Of a stretch of 64,000 nt of DNA, positions 19,681 through 30,200 are shown one piece after another; the first letter of the stretch is position 1, and each line of letters starts with the position of its first letter. Made by a program: the position numbers and the translations under genes. The DNA is taken from assembly GCA_965223155.1 (NCBI GenBank), contig CBDCVR010000014.1, positions 128,001 to 192,000 on the forward strand, given 5' to 3'. This stretch comes from Candidatus Multivoradales bacterium (GTDB lineage: Bacteria > Acidobacteriota > Thermoanaerobaculia > Multivoradales > JAHEKO01). The notes under the pieces are model-generated. The model was not told where the DNA came from. It made no database searches and saw only the letters and a list, made by a program, of their open reading frames with translations.

Positions 19681-21417
19681 CTACATCGAGAGCGAGCCCT
19701 TGCGAAAGTCGGACTTGGCAAGGAGCACATTGAGGAGGGCCGGCCGACCGGCGGCGGCGTCGGCCTTGGCGGCTTCGATCGCGGGCACGATCTGATCTTC
19801 CGACTCCACCAGGTACCCCCGGCCGCCGTAGCCCTCGGCCACCACGTCGTAGTCCGTCCTGCGGAGAACGGTGCCCACGTCGTCGCCGAGGATCTCGACC
19901 TGGTCGCGGGCGATCTGAGCCCACGAGGCGTCGTTGCCCACCACCGCGATGACTCCAAGTCCGTGCCGGACGAAGGTGTCGAACTCGGCCAACGAATACG
20001 CCGACGACCCGTCGCCGTAGACAAGCCAGGTCTCGGCCTCCGGTCGGGCCAGGGCCGCGCCCAACGCGAAGCCGCCGCCGACGCCCAGGGTCCCGAAGAC
20101 ACCGGGGTCCAGCCACGATAGCGGCGAGCGCGGCGCCAGGATGTAGGACGCCGTCGCCACGAAGTCGCCGCCGTCAACGACGAACACGGCGTCGGCCTCG
20201 GCCCGAGCTTCGATCTCCCGGAACAGACCCAGCGGGTTGACATACTGGCCGGCCGGCTCGGCGCGCACCGAGATTTCGGCCTCGCGCTCGTCCTGAAGCT
20301 TCCGGAGCTCGGCGGTCCAGGCAGCCACCGGCTGCGGCCCGGCGGCGGCGGCAAGAGCCCGCAGGAAGGCGCCGGCGTCGCACCTCGCGGGCAGGTTCGG
20401 CCGCCGGTTCTTGACGAGGTCCTCGTCGCTCCGGTTGGCCGAGATCAGAAACGCCCGGCTGGCGATCTGGCGCCCGTAGTCGAGCCGGAAGTCGCAGGGA
20501 ACTCCCGCCAGGAGGACCAGATCGGCGCGGCGCAGGGCCTGGCGCCGGTGATGCCGCATCTGGAGCTCGCTCGACCGGCCTAGAAGCCCGCGTCCCATTC
20601 CAGACAGATAGACCGGAATCTGCAGGCGCTCGACGGCCGCGGCGAGCTCGGGAACCGCGGCAACGTCCGTCAAGGCCTGACTCCCGATCATCAGCACCGG
20701 CCGCTCGGCCCGGCGCAGGCGGCGAACGGCTCGGCGCAGATCTGAGGCCGCGGGCGGCGGTGCCGGAGCCGCGCTCGGCTCGGAGACCGACGCCGCATCC
20801 TGGCGCCCGAAGAGGCCCCGCAGATGGCGCTCCAGATAGAACCGCAACGCGCGCGCGCCCAGGCCGCCCGTCTCCGGCACCCCCGAGAGGTAGAGCTCGC
20901 GGACCGAGGCTTCCGGATACAGCAGATCCACGGGGCACTCCAGGAACACCGGCCCGGGCACTCCGTCCCGCGCGATTTCGAAGGCCTGTTCGAGGAGCGG
21001 CACCAGCTCGCGCACCCGCCGGGCGCTGCCGCACCACTTGACGTGGGGCTCGACCAGCGCCATCTGATCGATGTCCTGCAGCGAGCCCCGGCCCTTGAGG
21101 ATGGTGCCCGTGGCCCCGCCCAGGATCACGACCGGGGACTGCGCCATCTGCGCGTTCTTGACCGCGGTGATGGTGTTGGTGACCCCGGGACCGGCGGTGA
21201 CGGCGGCGACCCCCGGCACCCCGGTAAGCCGCGCCACCGCGTCGGCGGCGAAGGCCGCGCTGGCCTCGTCGCGAACGTCCACGACCTGGATGCCACGCCG
21301 CTTCGCCCCCAGCAGAATCGGTGAGATATGTCCGCCGCACAGAGTAAAGACGAAGCGGACCCCCTGGGCCTCCAGAACCTCGCCGATGCGATCGCCGCCG
21401 GTCTTCGGATCACCCAC
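19681..21417 (-). CDS. Thiamine diphosphate-dependent enzyme (acetolactate synthase-like / 2-hydroxyacyl-CoA lyase-like)
   Basis: [35 protein letters not shown]...N ThDP motif. Confidence 0.9.
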   Translation of the reverse strand: MGDPKTGGDRIGEVLEAQGVRFVFTLCGGHISPILLGAKRRGIQVVDVRDEASAAFAADAVARLTGVPGVAAVTAGPGVTNTITAVKNAQMAQSPVVILGGATGTILKGRGSLQDIDQMALVEPHVKWCGSARRVRELVPLLEQAFEIARDGVPGPVFLECPVDLLYPEASVRELYLSGVPETGGLGARALRFYLERHLRGLFGRQDAASVSEPSAAPAPPPAASDLRRAVRRLRRAERPVLMIGSQALTDVAAVPELAAAVERLQIPVYLSGMGRGLLGRSSELQMRHHRRQALRRADLVLLAGVPCDFRLDYGRQIASRAFLISANRSDEDLVKNRRPNLPARCDAGAFLRALAAAAGPQPVAAWTAELRKLQDEREAEISVRAEPAGQYVNPLGLFREIEARAEADAVFVVDGGDFVATASYILAPRSPLSWLDPGVFGTLGVGGGFALGAALARPEAETWLVYGDGSSAYSLAEFDTFVRHGLGVIAVVGNDASWAQIARDQVEILGDDVGTVLRRTDYDVVAEGYGGRGYLVESEDQIVPAIEAAKADAAAGRPALLNVLLAKSDFRKGSLSM

Positions 21418-21420
21418 GGC

Positions 21421-21840
21421 TCAAGCCTCGGGCGCCGCGTCCAGCACGGGACCGTCGGTCACGTAGCAGGTGAACTCGCCGGCAACAACCACCCGATCTC
21501 CGTCCCGAACCTCGACCGCCACCTGGTGGCGCTTGCCCTCGGAGGACTCCACTCGAGCCTCGGCCACGAGGCTCGCCCCCACCCGCACGGGCCCCAGGAA
21601 GCGGGTGGCGGCCTTGCCCAGGACCACCGTGGGCTCGTTGACGGCCAGCATCGCCGCATAATCGGCCAGTCCGAAGACGAAGCCGCCGTGCACCAGTCCG
21701 TGCTCGTCGGCGGCCATCTCCTCGAGCGTCCGGAGCTCGACTCGAGCTCGACCCGGCCCGAGATCGACGGGACGGCCGCACAGGCCGGCGTCGATCCGCT
21801 CGTGCGTGCGGACTCCGAGCCGGTCGGCCGCGCAACTCAC
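21421..21840 (-). CDS. PaaI family hotdog thioesterase
   Basis: [17 protein letters not shown]. Confidence 0.88.
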   Translation of the reverse strand: MSCAADRLGVRTHERIDAGLCGRPVDLGPGRARVELRTLEEMAADEHGLVHGGFVFGLADYAAMLAVNEPTVVLGKAATRFLGPVRVGASLVAEARVESSEGKRHQVAVEVRDGDRVVVAGEFTCYVTDGPVLDAAPEA

Positions 21841-22013
21841 CGTACCTGCCTCCGCCTCGCACTCACCGCGCGAGCCTACCGTACCCGTGGCCCGCAGAAC
21901 GAGGGACGCGCCCCCCGGCCGAGCGCGCTAGAATGCCGCCGCGGCACCAACGGTGTGACCGCGAATCGCCTGATCCTTTGGCGATCCCCTGGCAATTTTC
22001 TGGAGACTCTCGT

Positions 22014-22445
22014 ATGCCCTATAGCCCACTGCTCGTCCAACCCATGCGCGAGGAGCTGACCTCGGTCGGCTTCCAAGACCTTCGCACCGCCGAAGACGTG
22101 GATTCCTTCCTGGCTGAGGGTGAGGGCTCGGCCCTGCTCGTCATCAACTCGGTCTGCGGTTGCGCCGCCGGCCAGGCTCGCCCCGGCGTGCGGGCCGCTG
22201 TCACCGGCCCTCTCCGTCCCGACCGGCTAGGCACGGTCTTCGCCGGCCAGGACCTCGAGGCCACGGCGCGCGCACGCTCGCATTTCGCCGACGTGCCGCC
22301 TTCGAGTCCTTCGATCGCTCTCTTCCGGGGCGGCGAGTTGGTCTATTTCGTTCCCCGGCATCGGATCGAGAACCGCTCCGCCGAAGACGTCGCCCAGGAC
22401 CTGACCGCCGCGTTCGAGCGCGATCTGGCGCCGGCGGCCTCCTGA
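22014..22445 (+). CDS. BrxA/BrxB family bacilliredoxin
   Basis: PMREEL, INSVCGCAAG.ARP, TVFAGQD.EAT, PPSSPS. Confidence 0.92.
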   Translation: MPYSPLLVQPMREELTSVGFQDLRTAEDVDSFLAEGEGSALLVINSVCGCAAGQARPGVRAAVTGPLRPDRLGTVFAGQDLEATARARSHFADVPPSSPSIALFRGGELVYFVPRHRIENRSAEDVAQDLTAAFERDLAPAAS

Positions 22446-22497
22446 ACCCGGGATTCCCGCCTCCGCCACCAACTACTTCCCGAGACCACGGATCTCC

Positions 22498-22791
22498 ATG
22501 GGCACCTTCCACGACGGCAAGAGCCGGTTCCACGGCATCACGGTCGTGGTCGAGACCACGGACGGCTCGGTCTACGTTGGCCGTTGCGAAGACGAGGACG
22601 GCACCGCGGTGGTCCTCCTGGACGGGGACGTCCACCGCCCCGACGACGAGCTGACCCGCGCGGCCTACCTCGAGCGCGCCTGGCAGGTGGGCGTCTGGAA
22701 GCGGTTCGACCGTCTGGTGCTCGACCGAACCGACGTCGTCGGGCTCGAGCCCCTGGGCGAGCTTTCCGACAAGGAAGGCGCTTCCGGTTGA
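22498..22791 (+). CDS. Hypothetical protein
   Basis: Host-like codon usage, operon position, TTGA overlap with the next gene. Confidence 0.65.
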   Translation: MGTFHDGKSRFHGITVVVETTDGSVYVGRCEDEDGTAVVLLDGDVHRPDDELTRAAYLERAWQVGVWKRFDRLVLDRTDVVGLEPLGELSDKEGASG

Positions 22792-23153
22792 ACTGGCTCG
22801 CGGCCGGCCTGGTGGCCTGCGCCTTGTCGGTGGCCGCGGGAGCCTTCGGCGCCCATGGTCTCCGGTCGCGGCTGGACGCCCACGGCCTGGAGCTCTGGGA
22901 GACCGCGGCCCGGTATCTGATGTACGGCGGCTTCGCCCTGGCGCTCGTCGGCCTGGCCGGGCGGACCGGCTGGCGAACCAGCCTGGACGGCCCGGGCGCC
23001 TGCCTGCTGGCCGGCTCGCTGATCTTCAGCGGCACCGTCTTCGCCCTGGCCCTGGGCGCGCCCCGCTGGCTCGGCGCGATCACGCCGATCGGCGGCACCT
23101 TGCTGATCGCCGGCCTGGTCTGGTTCGCGATCCAGGCCGCCTCTGGCTCCTAG
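22788..23153 (+). CDS. DUF423 (YgdD/TMEM256) membrane protein
   Basis: GAFGAH, IFSG, LGAITPIGG. Confidence 0.88.
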   Translation: MNWLAAGLVACALSVAAGAFGAHGLRSRLDAHGLELWETAARYLMYGGFALALVGLAGRTGWRTSLDGPGACLLAGSLIFSGTVFALALGAPRWLGAITPIGGTLLIAGLVWFAIQAASGS

Positions 23154-23172
23154 GGGTTCCTAGCAGTCCGCG

Positions 23173-24816
23173 CTAGCCGTCGTCGCCGTCCGGCGCCATG
23201 TGCGGGTAGGCGAACGAAGTCGGAGCCACGAAGGTCTCCTTGATCGCCCGCTGCGAGGTCCAGCGCAGCAGGTTGAGAGGCGATCCCGCCTTGTCGTTCG
23301 TGCCCGAGGCTCGCGAGCCTCCGAACGGCTGCTGGCCGACCACCGCGCCGGTGGGCTTATCGTTGACGTAGAAGTTTCCGGCGGCGTGACGGAACCGGCC
23401 GGTGAGCTCGGCCACGGCCCGGCGGTCCTGGGCGAAGATCGCCCCGGTCAAGGCGTACGGACTGGTCTCATCGCACAGCGTCACGGTTTCGTCCAGCTCG
23501 TCGTCGTCGTAGACGTGAATGGTCAGGACCGGCCCGAAGATCTCCTCGCACATCAGTTTCGAGCCCGGATCGCGGGACATCACCACCGTGGGCTCGACGA
23601 AGTATCCGGTCGATTTGTCGCCATTGCCGCCGGCCAGGATCTCGAGCTCCGGATTCTCGCGGGCGTGATCGATGTAGCCCATGATGTTGTCGAACGAGCT
23701 CTCGTCGATGACCGCGGCCATGAAGTTCGAGAAATCCAGCGGCGAGCCCATCGTCACTTGGGCCAGCTCGTCTTCGAGCCGGTCCCGCACGTCGCCCCAG
23801 AGCGAGCTGGGCACGTAGGCGCGCGAAGCCGCCGAGCACTTCTGGCCCTGATACTCAAAGGCGCCTCGAATCATGGCGATCACCAGCCGATTCACGTCGG
23901 CCGAAGGATGGGCAAAGATGAAGTCCTTGCCGCCGGTTTCGCCCACGATCCGCGGGTACGTGCGATACCGATCGATCGACGAGCCGATAGTCTTCCACAT
24001 GCCCTGAAAGACGCCGGTCGATCCGGTGAAGTGCACGCCGGCGAGCGCCGGGCTGGCGAGCACCGGGTCGCCGACCTCGCGGCCGCTGCCGGGCAGGAAG
24101 TTGAGGACACCCGGCGGCATGCCGGCTTCTTCCAAGAGCTTCATGATGTAGTACGCGGGCAGCACCGCGGTCGAAGCCGGCTTCCAGAGCACGGTGTTGC
24201 CCATGAGCGCCGGCGCCGTCGGCAAGTTGCCGGCGATCGAGGTGAAGTTGAACGGGGTGACCGCGAAAACGAAGCCTTCCAGGGCCCGGTACTCCACCCG
24301 ATCCCAGATGCCCGGCGCCGAGCGCGGCTGCTCTTCCAGCATCGCCCGCATGTAGAAGGGATTGAAGCGCCAGAAATCGACCAGCTCGCAAGCGGAATCG
24401 ATCTCGGCCTGGAAAACGGTCTTCGACTGGTTGAGCATGGTCGCGGCATTGACCGTGTCGCGCCACGGCCCGGCCAGAAGATCCGCCGCCTTGAGCAGCA
24501 CTCCGGCGCGGTCCTCCCACGCCATCTCCGACCAGTCGCGCCAGGCCTCCTGGGAAGCCTCGACGGCGTCGGCCGCCTCCTTGGCGCCCGCTTGGTGAAA
24601 GCGAGCCAGGACGTGCCCGTGATCGTGCGGGCAGACCGACTCGGCCAGATTGCCGGTGCGCACCTCTTCGCCGCCGACGATCAGCGGAATCTCGACCACC
24701 TCGCCCAGCATCTCTTGCAGACGCTCTTCGAGCGACCGGCGCTCGGGGCTACCGGGGGCATAGTCGCGGATGGGCTCGTTCTTGGGGTCGGGAACGCTGG
24801 TAATTCCAAGGGCCAT
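23173..24816 (-). CDS. pruA: L-glutamate gamma-semialdehyde (P5C) dehydrogenase
   Basis: PFNFTSI, FTGST, GETGGK, FEYQGQKCSA, QQPFGGSRASGTNDK; AGGAG before MALG. Confidence 0.93.
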   Translation of the reverse strand: MALGITSVPDPKNEPIRDYAPGSPERRSLEERLQEMLGEVVEIPLIVGGEEVRTGNLAESVCPHDHGHVLARFHQAGAKEAADAVEASQEAWRDWSEMAWEDRAGVLLKAADLLAGPWRDTVNAATMLNQSKTVFQAEIDSACELVDFWRFNPFYMRAMLEEQPRSAPGIWDRVEYRALEGFVFAVTPFNFTSIAGNLPTAPALMGNTVLWKPASTAVLPAYYIMKLLEEAGMPPGVLNFLPGSGREVGDPVLASPALAGVHFTGSTGVFQGMWKTIGSSIDRYRTYPRIVGETGGKDFIFAHPSADVNRLVIAMIRGAFEYQGQKCSAASRAYVPSSLWGDVRDRLEDELAQVTMGSPLDFSNFMAAVIDESSFDNIMGYIDHARENPELEILAGGNGDKSTGYFVEPTVVMSRDPGSKLMCEEIFGPVLTIHVYDDDELDETVTLCDETSPYALTGAIFAQDRRAVAELTGRFRHAAGNFYVNDKPTGAVVGQQPFGGSRASGTNDKAGSPLNLLRWTSQRAIKETFVAPTSFAYPHMAPDGDDG

Positions 24817-24987
24817 GGTTTCTCCTGGAGAAGCTGCGGTGTCGATGAGGGGCGCCCCCATGGGCCGGCGGCGGACATGATGCTACCGACTCGCACTGCC
24901 GCCCGCAACGGCCGGCGGACGGCCGGACCGGCCCGTCTGGCCGCGCTCCGACGGGGACTACCAAGACGGTGCTATAGACTCCGCCGC

Positions 24988-25887
24988 ATGCCCGGCCAAG
25001 CTCTTCGCGGCACCGATCCGGTCGGTCGACCGTATCGCCGCCGGGCAGGATTCTCGTTCGCTCTCCTGGCTCTGGTCGTGCTCGTCCTCCCGGCTTGCGC
25101 ACCGGTGCCGGCTGATCCGTCTTCCCCGTCTTCCGAGACCGGCGCGGGCAGTGCTGCGCCTCCGGCAAACGAGCCGACCCCGAGCTCCGAGCCGGCCAGG
25201 AGCGCACGCGCGGGCAAGGTCCCGGACGCCCTGGCGGAGCTCGCCGCCACGGCGGCCGAGCGCAGGCTGAGCGCAGCCTTCCTGATCGTCGACGGCGTCT
25301 ACAACACCGAGCTCACCGCGCCCTACGACGTTCTCGAACACAGCCTCTACCACGCACCGGACGGCCTCGGTATCCAGCCCTTTACGGTGGCGCCCTCGCT
25401 CGAGCCGGTCACCACCGCCGAGGGACTGCGGCTGCTCGCGGACCATGACTTCGCGAGCGCACCCGACTTCGACATCCTGGTCGTTCCTAGCGCCCAGGGC
25501 AGCCGGGACCGGGATCTGGAATCGGAGGAGCTGATCGCCTGGGTTCGTAATCGGGGCGGCTCGGCATCCCTCGTGATGTCGCTTTGCTGGGGCGCCTTCG
25601 TCCTGGCCGAAGCGGACCTCTTGACTGGCGCCTCCTGCACGACCTTTCCCGGCGACTACGACGCCTTCGCCAAGCGCTACCCGGAGCTGGACCTGCGCAT
25701 CAACGTGTCCTTCGTACACGACGGCAAGGCCCTCACGTCCCAGGGCGGCGCGCGCAGCTTCGACGCCGCCATGTATCTCGTGGAGCGGCTCTACGGCGAG
25801 GCGGCGGCCACCGGCGTCGGACGCGGCCTGCTGATTCCCTGGCCGCCCGAGGCCGGCGACGTACCCTACCTGCGCGCCTCGCGCTAG
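24988..25887 (+). CDS. DJ-1/PfpI family lipoprotein
   Basis: Lipobox LPAC, Pro/Ser linker, GVYNTELTAP, nucleophile SLCWGA. Confidence 0.82.
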   Translation: MPGQALRGTDPVGRPYRRRAGFSFALLALVVLVLPACAPVPADPSSPSSETGAGSAAPPANEPTPSSEPARSARAGKVPDALAELAATAAERRLSAAFLIVDGVYNTELTAPYDVLEHSLYHAPDGLGIQPFTVAPSLEPVTTAEGLRLLADHDFASAPDFDILVVPSAQGSRDRDLESEELIAWVRNRGGSASLVMSLCWGAFVLAEADLLTGASCTTFPGDYDAFAKRYPELDLRINVSFVHDGKALTSQGGARSFDAAMYLVERLYGEAAATGVGRGLLIPWPPEAGDVPYLRASR

Positions 25888-25924
25888 CCGCCAACTCACG
25901 ATGCCGTCGAGTCGATTCGAGCCG

Positions 25925-26070
25925 GCCCTGGCCAAGCCACTTGTCGGCCACCTCGACCCGCAGCTGCTGGCGATCAGGGACGAGCTCCGGGACATGCTCC
26001 GCCGGGTCTTCGTCACCGAGACCGCCTGACGGTCGCGATCTCGGGCACCGGCAGCGCCGGCATGGAAGCC
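25925..26070 (+). pseudogene. Fragment of a class V (alanine-glyoxylate-like) aminotransferase
   Basis: Reads ALAKPLVGHLDPQLLAIRDELRDMLRRVFVTE, then after a frameshift RLTVAISGTGSAGMEA; no start and no continuation. Confidence 0.75.
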
Positions 26071-26198
26071 GATTCTCCTCGCCACCGAGCCTGACCTCGG
26101 TTGCCACCTCGCAACATCCCTGCGCCAGCGGCACGGCTCATCGACGGCCTTCCGGCCGGTAGCTCGAGCCGTCATACGCAGTTGGCGAGGACTTGCGC

Positions 26199-26227
26199 TT
26201 GCTTTCAGCAATCCTTTCGACTATCTT
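26199..26227 (+). promoter_or_regulatory. Candidate sigma70-like promoter for the Rhs locus
   Basis: TTGCTT-N17-TATCTT in an AT-richer patch upstream of the first island gene. Confidence 0.4.
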
Positions 26228-26448
26228 CGGAATCCTCACGACATTAGGGATGGTGCACTACGCGAGTCTCGGGACGATCTTGGCCTAGCCGGCGGCGGTT
26301 GCCGGCCGGTCGGATTGCGCTGTGGCCGCATGGCCGCGGCGAGTCCAAGAATCGGGGCCGTTCGGCGCCGAGGGCCCTCCCCGGGGCGCAAACACCCTGG
26401 AAACCGGCCCGCCCGGGACTCCGGACTGACGATGAGAGGAGATGGGGA

Positions 26449-27285
26449 ATGCTCGAACGAACCCTCGAACCGCGAGACCTGACGGTCTCAGATCCAACCA
26501 GCTCCGTACGAAGGCCGGGCCCGAGCACAGCCCGGGACATCGCCGGGCGCTCTTGGGGCTCGACCTACTCGGCCATGGGCCCGGTCGTGGCCCTGGTCCT
26601 GGGATGCTTCTTCGGCCCGCTCCTGGGAGCGGCGCCGGCCACGGCGGCTCCCCCGCCCCAGATCGCCTTCGAGGGCAACGTGGTGCGGGGCACGCGGATC
26701 GCTCCGGGGGGCGACGTCCTGGTGGTGGGGATCTCGCACGAAAGCCTGCCGTTTGAAGCGCGGCGGTTCACCTACGTCGAGATCCTGATCGACGGCGACC
26801 AGGACGGCGCGGTCGACTACGAGCTCGCCAACCCGGTCTCCTCCGGCTCGGTGTGGGCCGTGGTGGACTTGACCAGCGGCAAGTGGGCGATCGCGGCGCC
26901 GGCGGGCTCGCCCATGCGGGCGAAGCCCGGCCGGGGGGTGATTCCCCCGGGGGCTGGAGGCCCGGCCCGGAGCCTGATTGACGCGGGCGAGATGCTGGAC
27001 TTCTTCGTGGCTCGGGCGGGGACGGGAGCCTGGCGGATTACGGCCGGGGACGGCGGCGGCGCGGATCAGGGCGGCGAGGACGATGGCTTGATCGAGGTGG
27101 ATCTCGCCGCCGCGGCGCCGCTCGGAACGACGGCGGCGTTCGACGCCCTGGCGGCGGGCGACGTGATTCTCACGTTCGATCCACGACGTCTCGAGTTCAG
27201 CGCCGGCCGGGTGCGGCCCGGCAAAGGCGGTCCGGAGCTTGCCGACGTGACCGGCGGCGAGGGGGACGAGGGAGGTGTGTCGTGA
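26449..27285 (+). CDS. Exported hypothetical protein coupled to the Rhs gene
   Basis: GAGGAG 7 nt before ATG 26449 (alternative ATG 26575); hydrophobic signal ending APATA; GTGA overlap with the Rhs start. Confidence 0.72.
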   Translation: MLERTLEPRDLTVSDPTSSVRRPGPSTARDIAGRSWGSTYSAMGPVVALVLGCFFGPLLGAAPATAAPPPQIAFEGNVVRGTRIAPGGDVLVVGISHESLPFEARRFTYVEILIDGDQDGAVDYELANPVSSGSVWAVVDLTSGKWAIAAPAGSPMRAKPGRGVIPPGAGGPARSLIDAGEMLDFFVARAGTGAWRITAGDGGGADQGGEDDGLIEVDLAAAAPLGTTAAFDALAAGDVILTFDPRRLEFSAGRVRPGKGGPELADVTGGEGDEGGVS

Positions 27286-30200
27286 AGCGGCGCGGACACG
27301 AGAGAGCAGCGACGGCGAGGGTGCCGGCCCGGATCGCGGCCCCGACTCGAATTGGAGCGCCGGCCCTTGTAATGACCCTTCTCGCGGCTTTGGCGGCGGT
27401 CTCCGCCTCGGCCGTGGAGCATCCGGACCAAGCAGTCGGCTTCGCGGCCGGCGGCCTCCAGAACCTGGCGATCGACAACGTCTCGACCTACAACGGCGGC
27501 TTGACGGTCGCGGTGCCGGTCGGCCCGATGTTCCAACTAGTCTACAACAGCCACATCTGGAAGACGACGACCGTGGACGGCATCTACACGCAAGTCTTCG
27601 GCAATCCACGCAATACGGCGGGGATGGGCTGGCGCCTGCATCCCGGCAAGCTCTACGCGCCGAACTCCTGGTATGGCAACGAAACCACGGACTGGGTCTA
27701 CGTTGGACCGGACGGCAGCTCGCACAACTTTCACCAGCAGATGCATGTCGGCGAGGACGACGGCGACGGCAACGTTCTCTACACCCGGGACGGAAGCTAT
27801 CTGCGATTGCAGAAGGTGTGGGCAGGGACACAATGGCAAAAGGCGGTCGAGTTCCCAGACGGCACCCGACATATCTTCAAGCCCGTTCCTGGATGGGCAA
27901 CAAACTGGGAGCTTGCGCGGATCGAGGATCGTTTCGGCAACGCCACGACCTTCACCCAAGAGTATCCGGACGGAGGCTGGACCACCAGTCGTCACCTCTG
28001 GACCATCGTGGATCCCCATGGCCGAACCCACCGACTGAACTACGGCTGGCGCGGTGGTGTTCTCGAAAGCGTCGATTACGAGACGGTAGGCGGTCAGCGG
28101 GCCGTCTACCAGTTTGTCTACCAGTACATCCGTCACTTCATTCCGTACGACACCTATCCGTACAACAATGCGAGGCAGAGAAACTCGTTTCTGAAGAAAG
28201 TGATCTTTCCAGACGGCTCCGAGCTCAAGATGACGAAGCCGGATGGTTCGATGGCCTATCTGGGCAGCTACATCGGCTGGCCGACGGGAGTCTTGTCGAG
28301 CGTCGAGCTTCCGACCGGAGGCCGTCTGGAATGGGACTTCATCGAATGGCAGTTCCCGACCGCGAACCCGTCAGACCCTCAGAAGGGCGCCGGGGTGACC
28401 AACCGCCGGATGATCCGGGCCGACGGCACGGTCGAATCGGAGGTCGTCTACGATCAATCCTGGGTGGACGTCAACGGCACCTGGCCGCCGGAGCTCACCC
28501 AAACAGACGTGGTCTACCCGACCGGCCACTGCACGCGGCACTTCTTTCATCAGCAGCGGAACGTCAAGATCGACGGCACCAACGGATGGACGGGATGGGA
28601 CCACGGGCTGTCGTACCGCAAGGACATCGTGGATGGTGAACGCTATCTCTCGAGCGAGGTCTGGGACGGCTCGTCCGGGACCGCCTGCTCGGGAACCAAG
28701 CTGCGCTCGACCTACGCGCGCTACGAGCACGACAAACTGCCGAGCACCACGCACCCGGCGTTTCAGGACGAGTGGTTCGCCTCGAACATCCGGATGAAGA
28801 ACCAACGCATCGTCTACCATGACGACGGCGACCGCTGGGTCGATACCCTCAATGAGGACTTCGACGGCGTCGGCCACTACCGCAAGACCACGGTCTCGGG
28901 GACCCTGGGCCGGTCCCTCAACGATCTCAAGTGGACGGCGACGACCTACAACCCGACGCGCGGCACGTACGAGGTCGACGTCCTCTGGAACACCGAGACC
29001 GCGAACCACACCTACGTGCCGATGACACCTTCGGACGACTGGCTCCTGGGGCTCTACGACGCCGTCGAGACCCATGAGCCCGGGGCCTGGGGCTTCCAGA
29101 CGACGCGAGACGAATTCGACTTCGATCCAGCGACCGGCTTCCTGCGGGCACAGCGAACGCTGGCGAGCGGAACCACCCGCGGCACCAAGGACATCTTGCG
29201 GATCTTCACCCCGACGGCCGAAGGCCAGGTGGCAACGGCCTCGCTCTACGGCAGCGACACCAACCCGCTTACGACCGGCCCCGGCTGGACGCCGCCGGCG
29301 ACTTGGTCCTACCGGATCGAGACCACCTACCAGTTCGGCGCGGTCAAGACCTCGAGAGCGGTCAAGCCGGACGGAACCTATTGGCCGTATCTGGCGACCG
29401 ACGTGGATCTCGACCCCTCGACCGGCAAGGTCCTGGTCTCCCGCGACCCGACGGGCCTGGCGACGACCTACACCTACGACCTTCTGGGAAGAGTCACCGA
29501 GGTGGCCCCCGCCGAAGGGGCCATCACCCGGATCACCTACACCAACGCCGCGGCGGGGGCCCCGGCGATCCAGACCACGGTCCAGTACGCCGCGGACGGC
29601 ACTACCGAGCTCAGACGCTCCGAGGGCTGGTTCGACGATTTCGGCCGCACCTGGCGAGACCGCAAGATGGTTCCCGATCACGGCTGGGTCGAGCGCGAAA
29701 CACTGTACGACGCCTCGGGAGCGGTCTTCTCGGTCTCGGCTTGGGGAGACTTCACGAAAGTCACCCAGACCCTGGCCCGAGACGCCTTCGGCCGACCCAC
29801 CCACGTTCGGCCCGCCGAGGGGGCAGCTCATGACGTCACCTACACCTACCTAGGCGATCGCCAGGTCCACGTCCAAGCCTATGCAGCGACTACCGAGACC
29901 TCTGAAGCCCTTGTTGGCCGGGTGACTCGAAGCGACTCCTTCGGCCGCCTCGATCACGTCCTCGATATGGGACTCGTCGCCGGCCTCGACCAGCGCACCA
30001 ACTACTACTACGACGCCGACGGCAACCTCGGGTCGATCACCGCGATCGCCGCCGACACCTCGGTCGTTCAGGCCCGCTACTTCTGGTACGACCACCGGGG
30101 CTTCCTCAAGCAGGAAAAACACCCCGAGAAAGGCCCGACCGGCAACGGCTACGTCTTCTATTACGACTACGATCCCTCGGGCAAACCCGGCCGGATGGTC

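Noticed and set aside
23200-24987. 895-aa ORF as a large DJ-1 fusion
   Set aside because: The first ~600 codons are antisense to pruA; only the part from 24988 looks real.
26370-26440. GCAAAC...GGAAAC in the island leader as a c-di-GMP riboswitch
   Set aside because: Motif order and stems do not fit the consensus by eye; an Infernal search would be needed.
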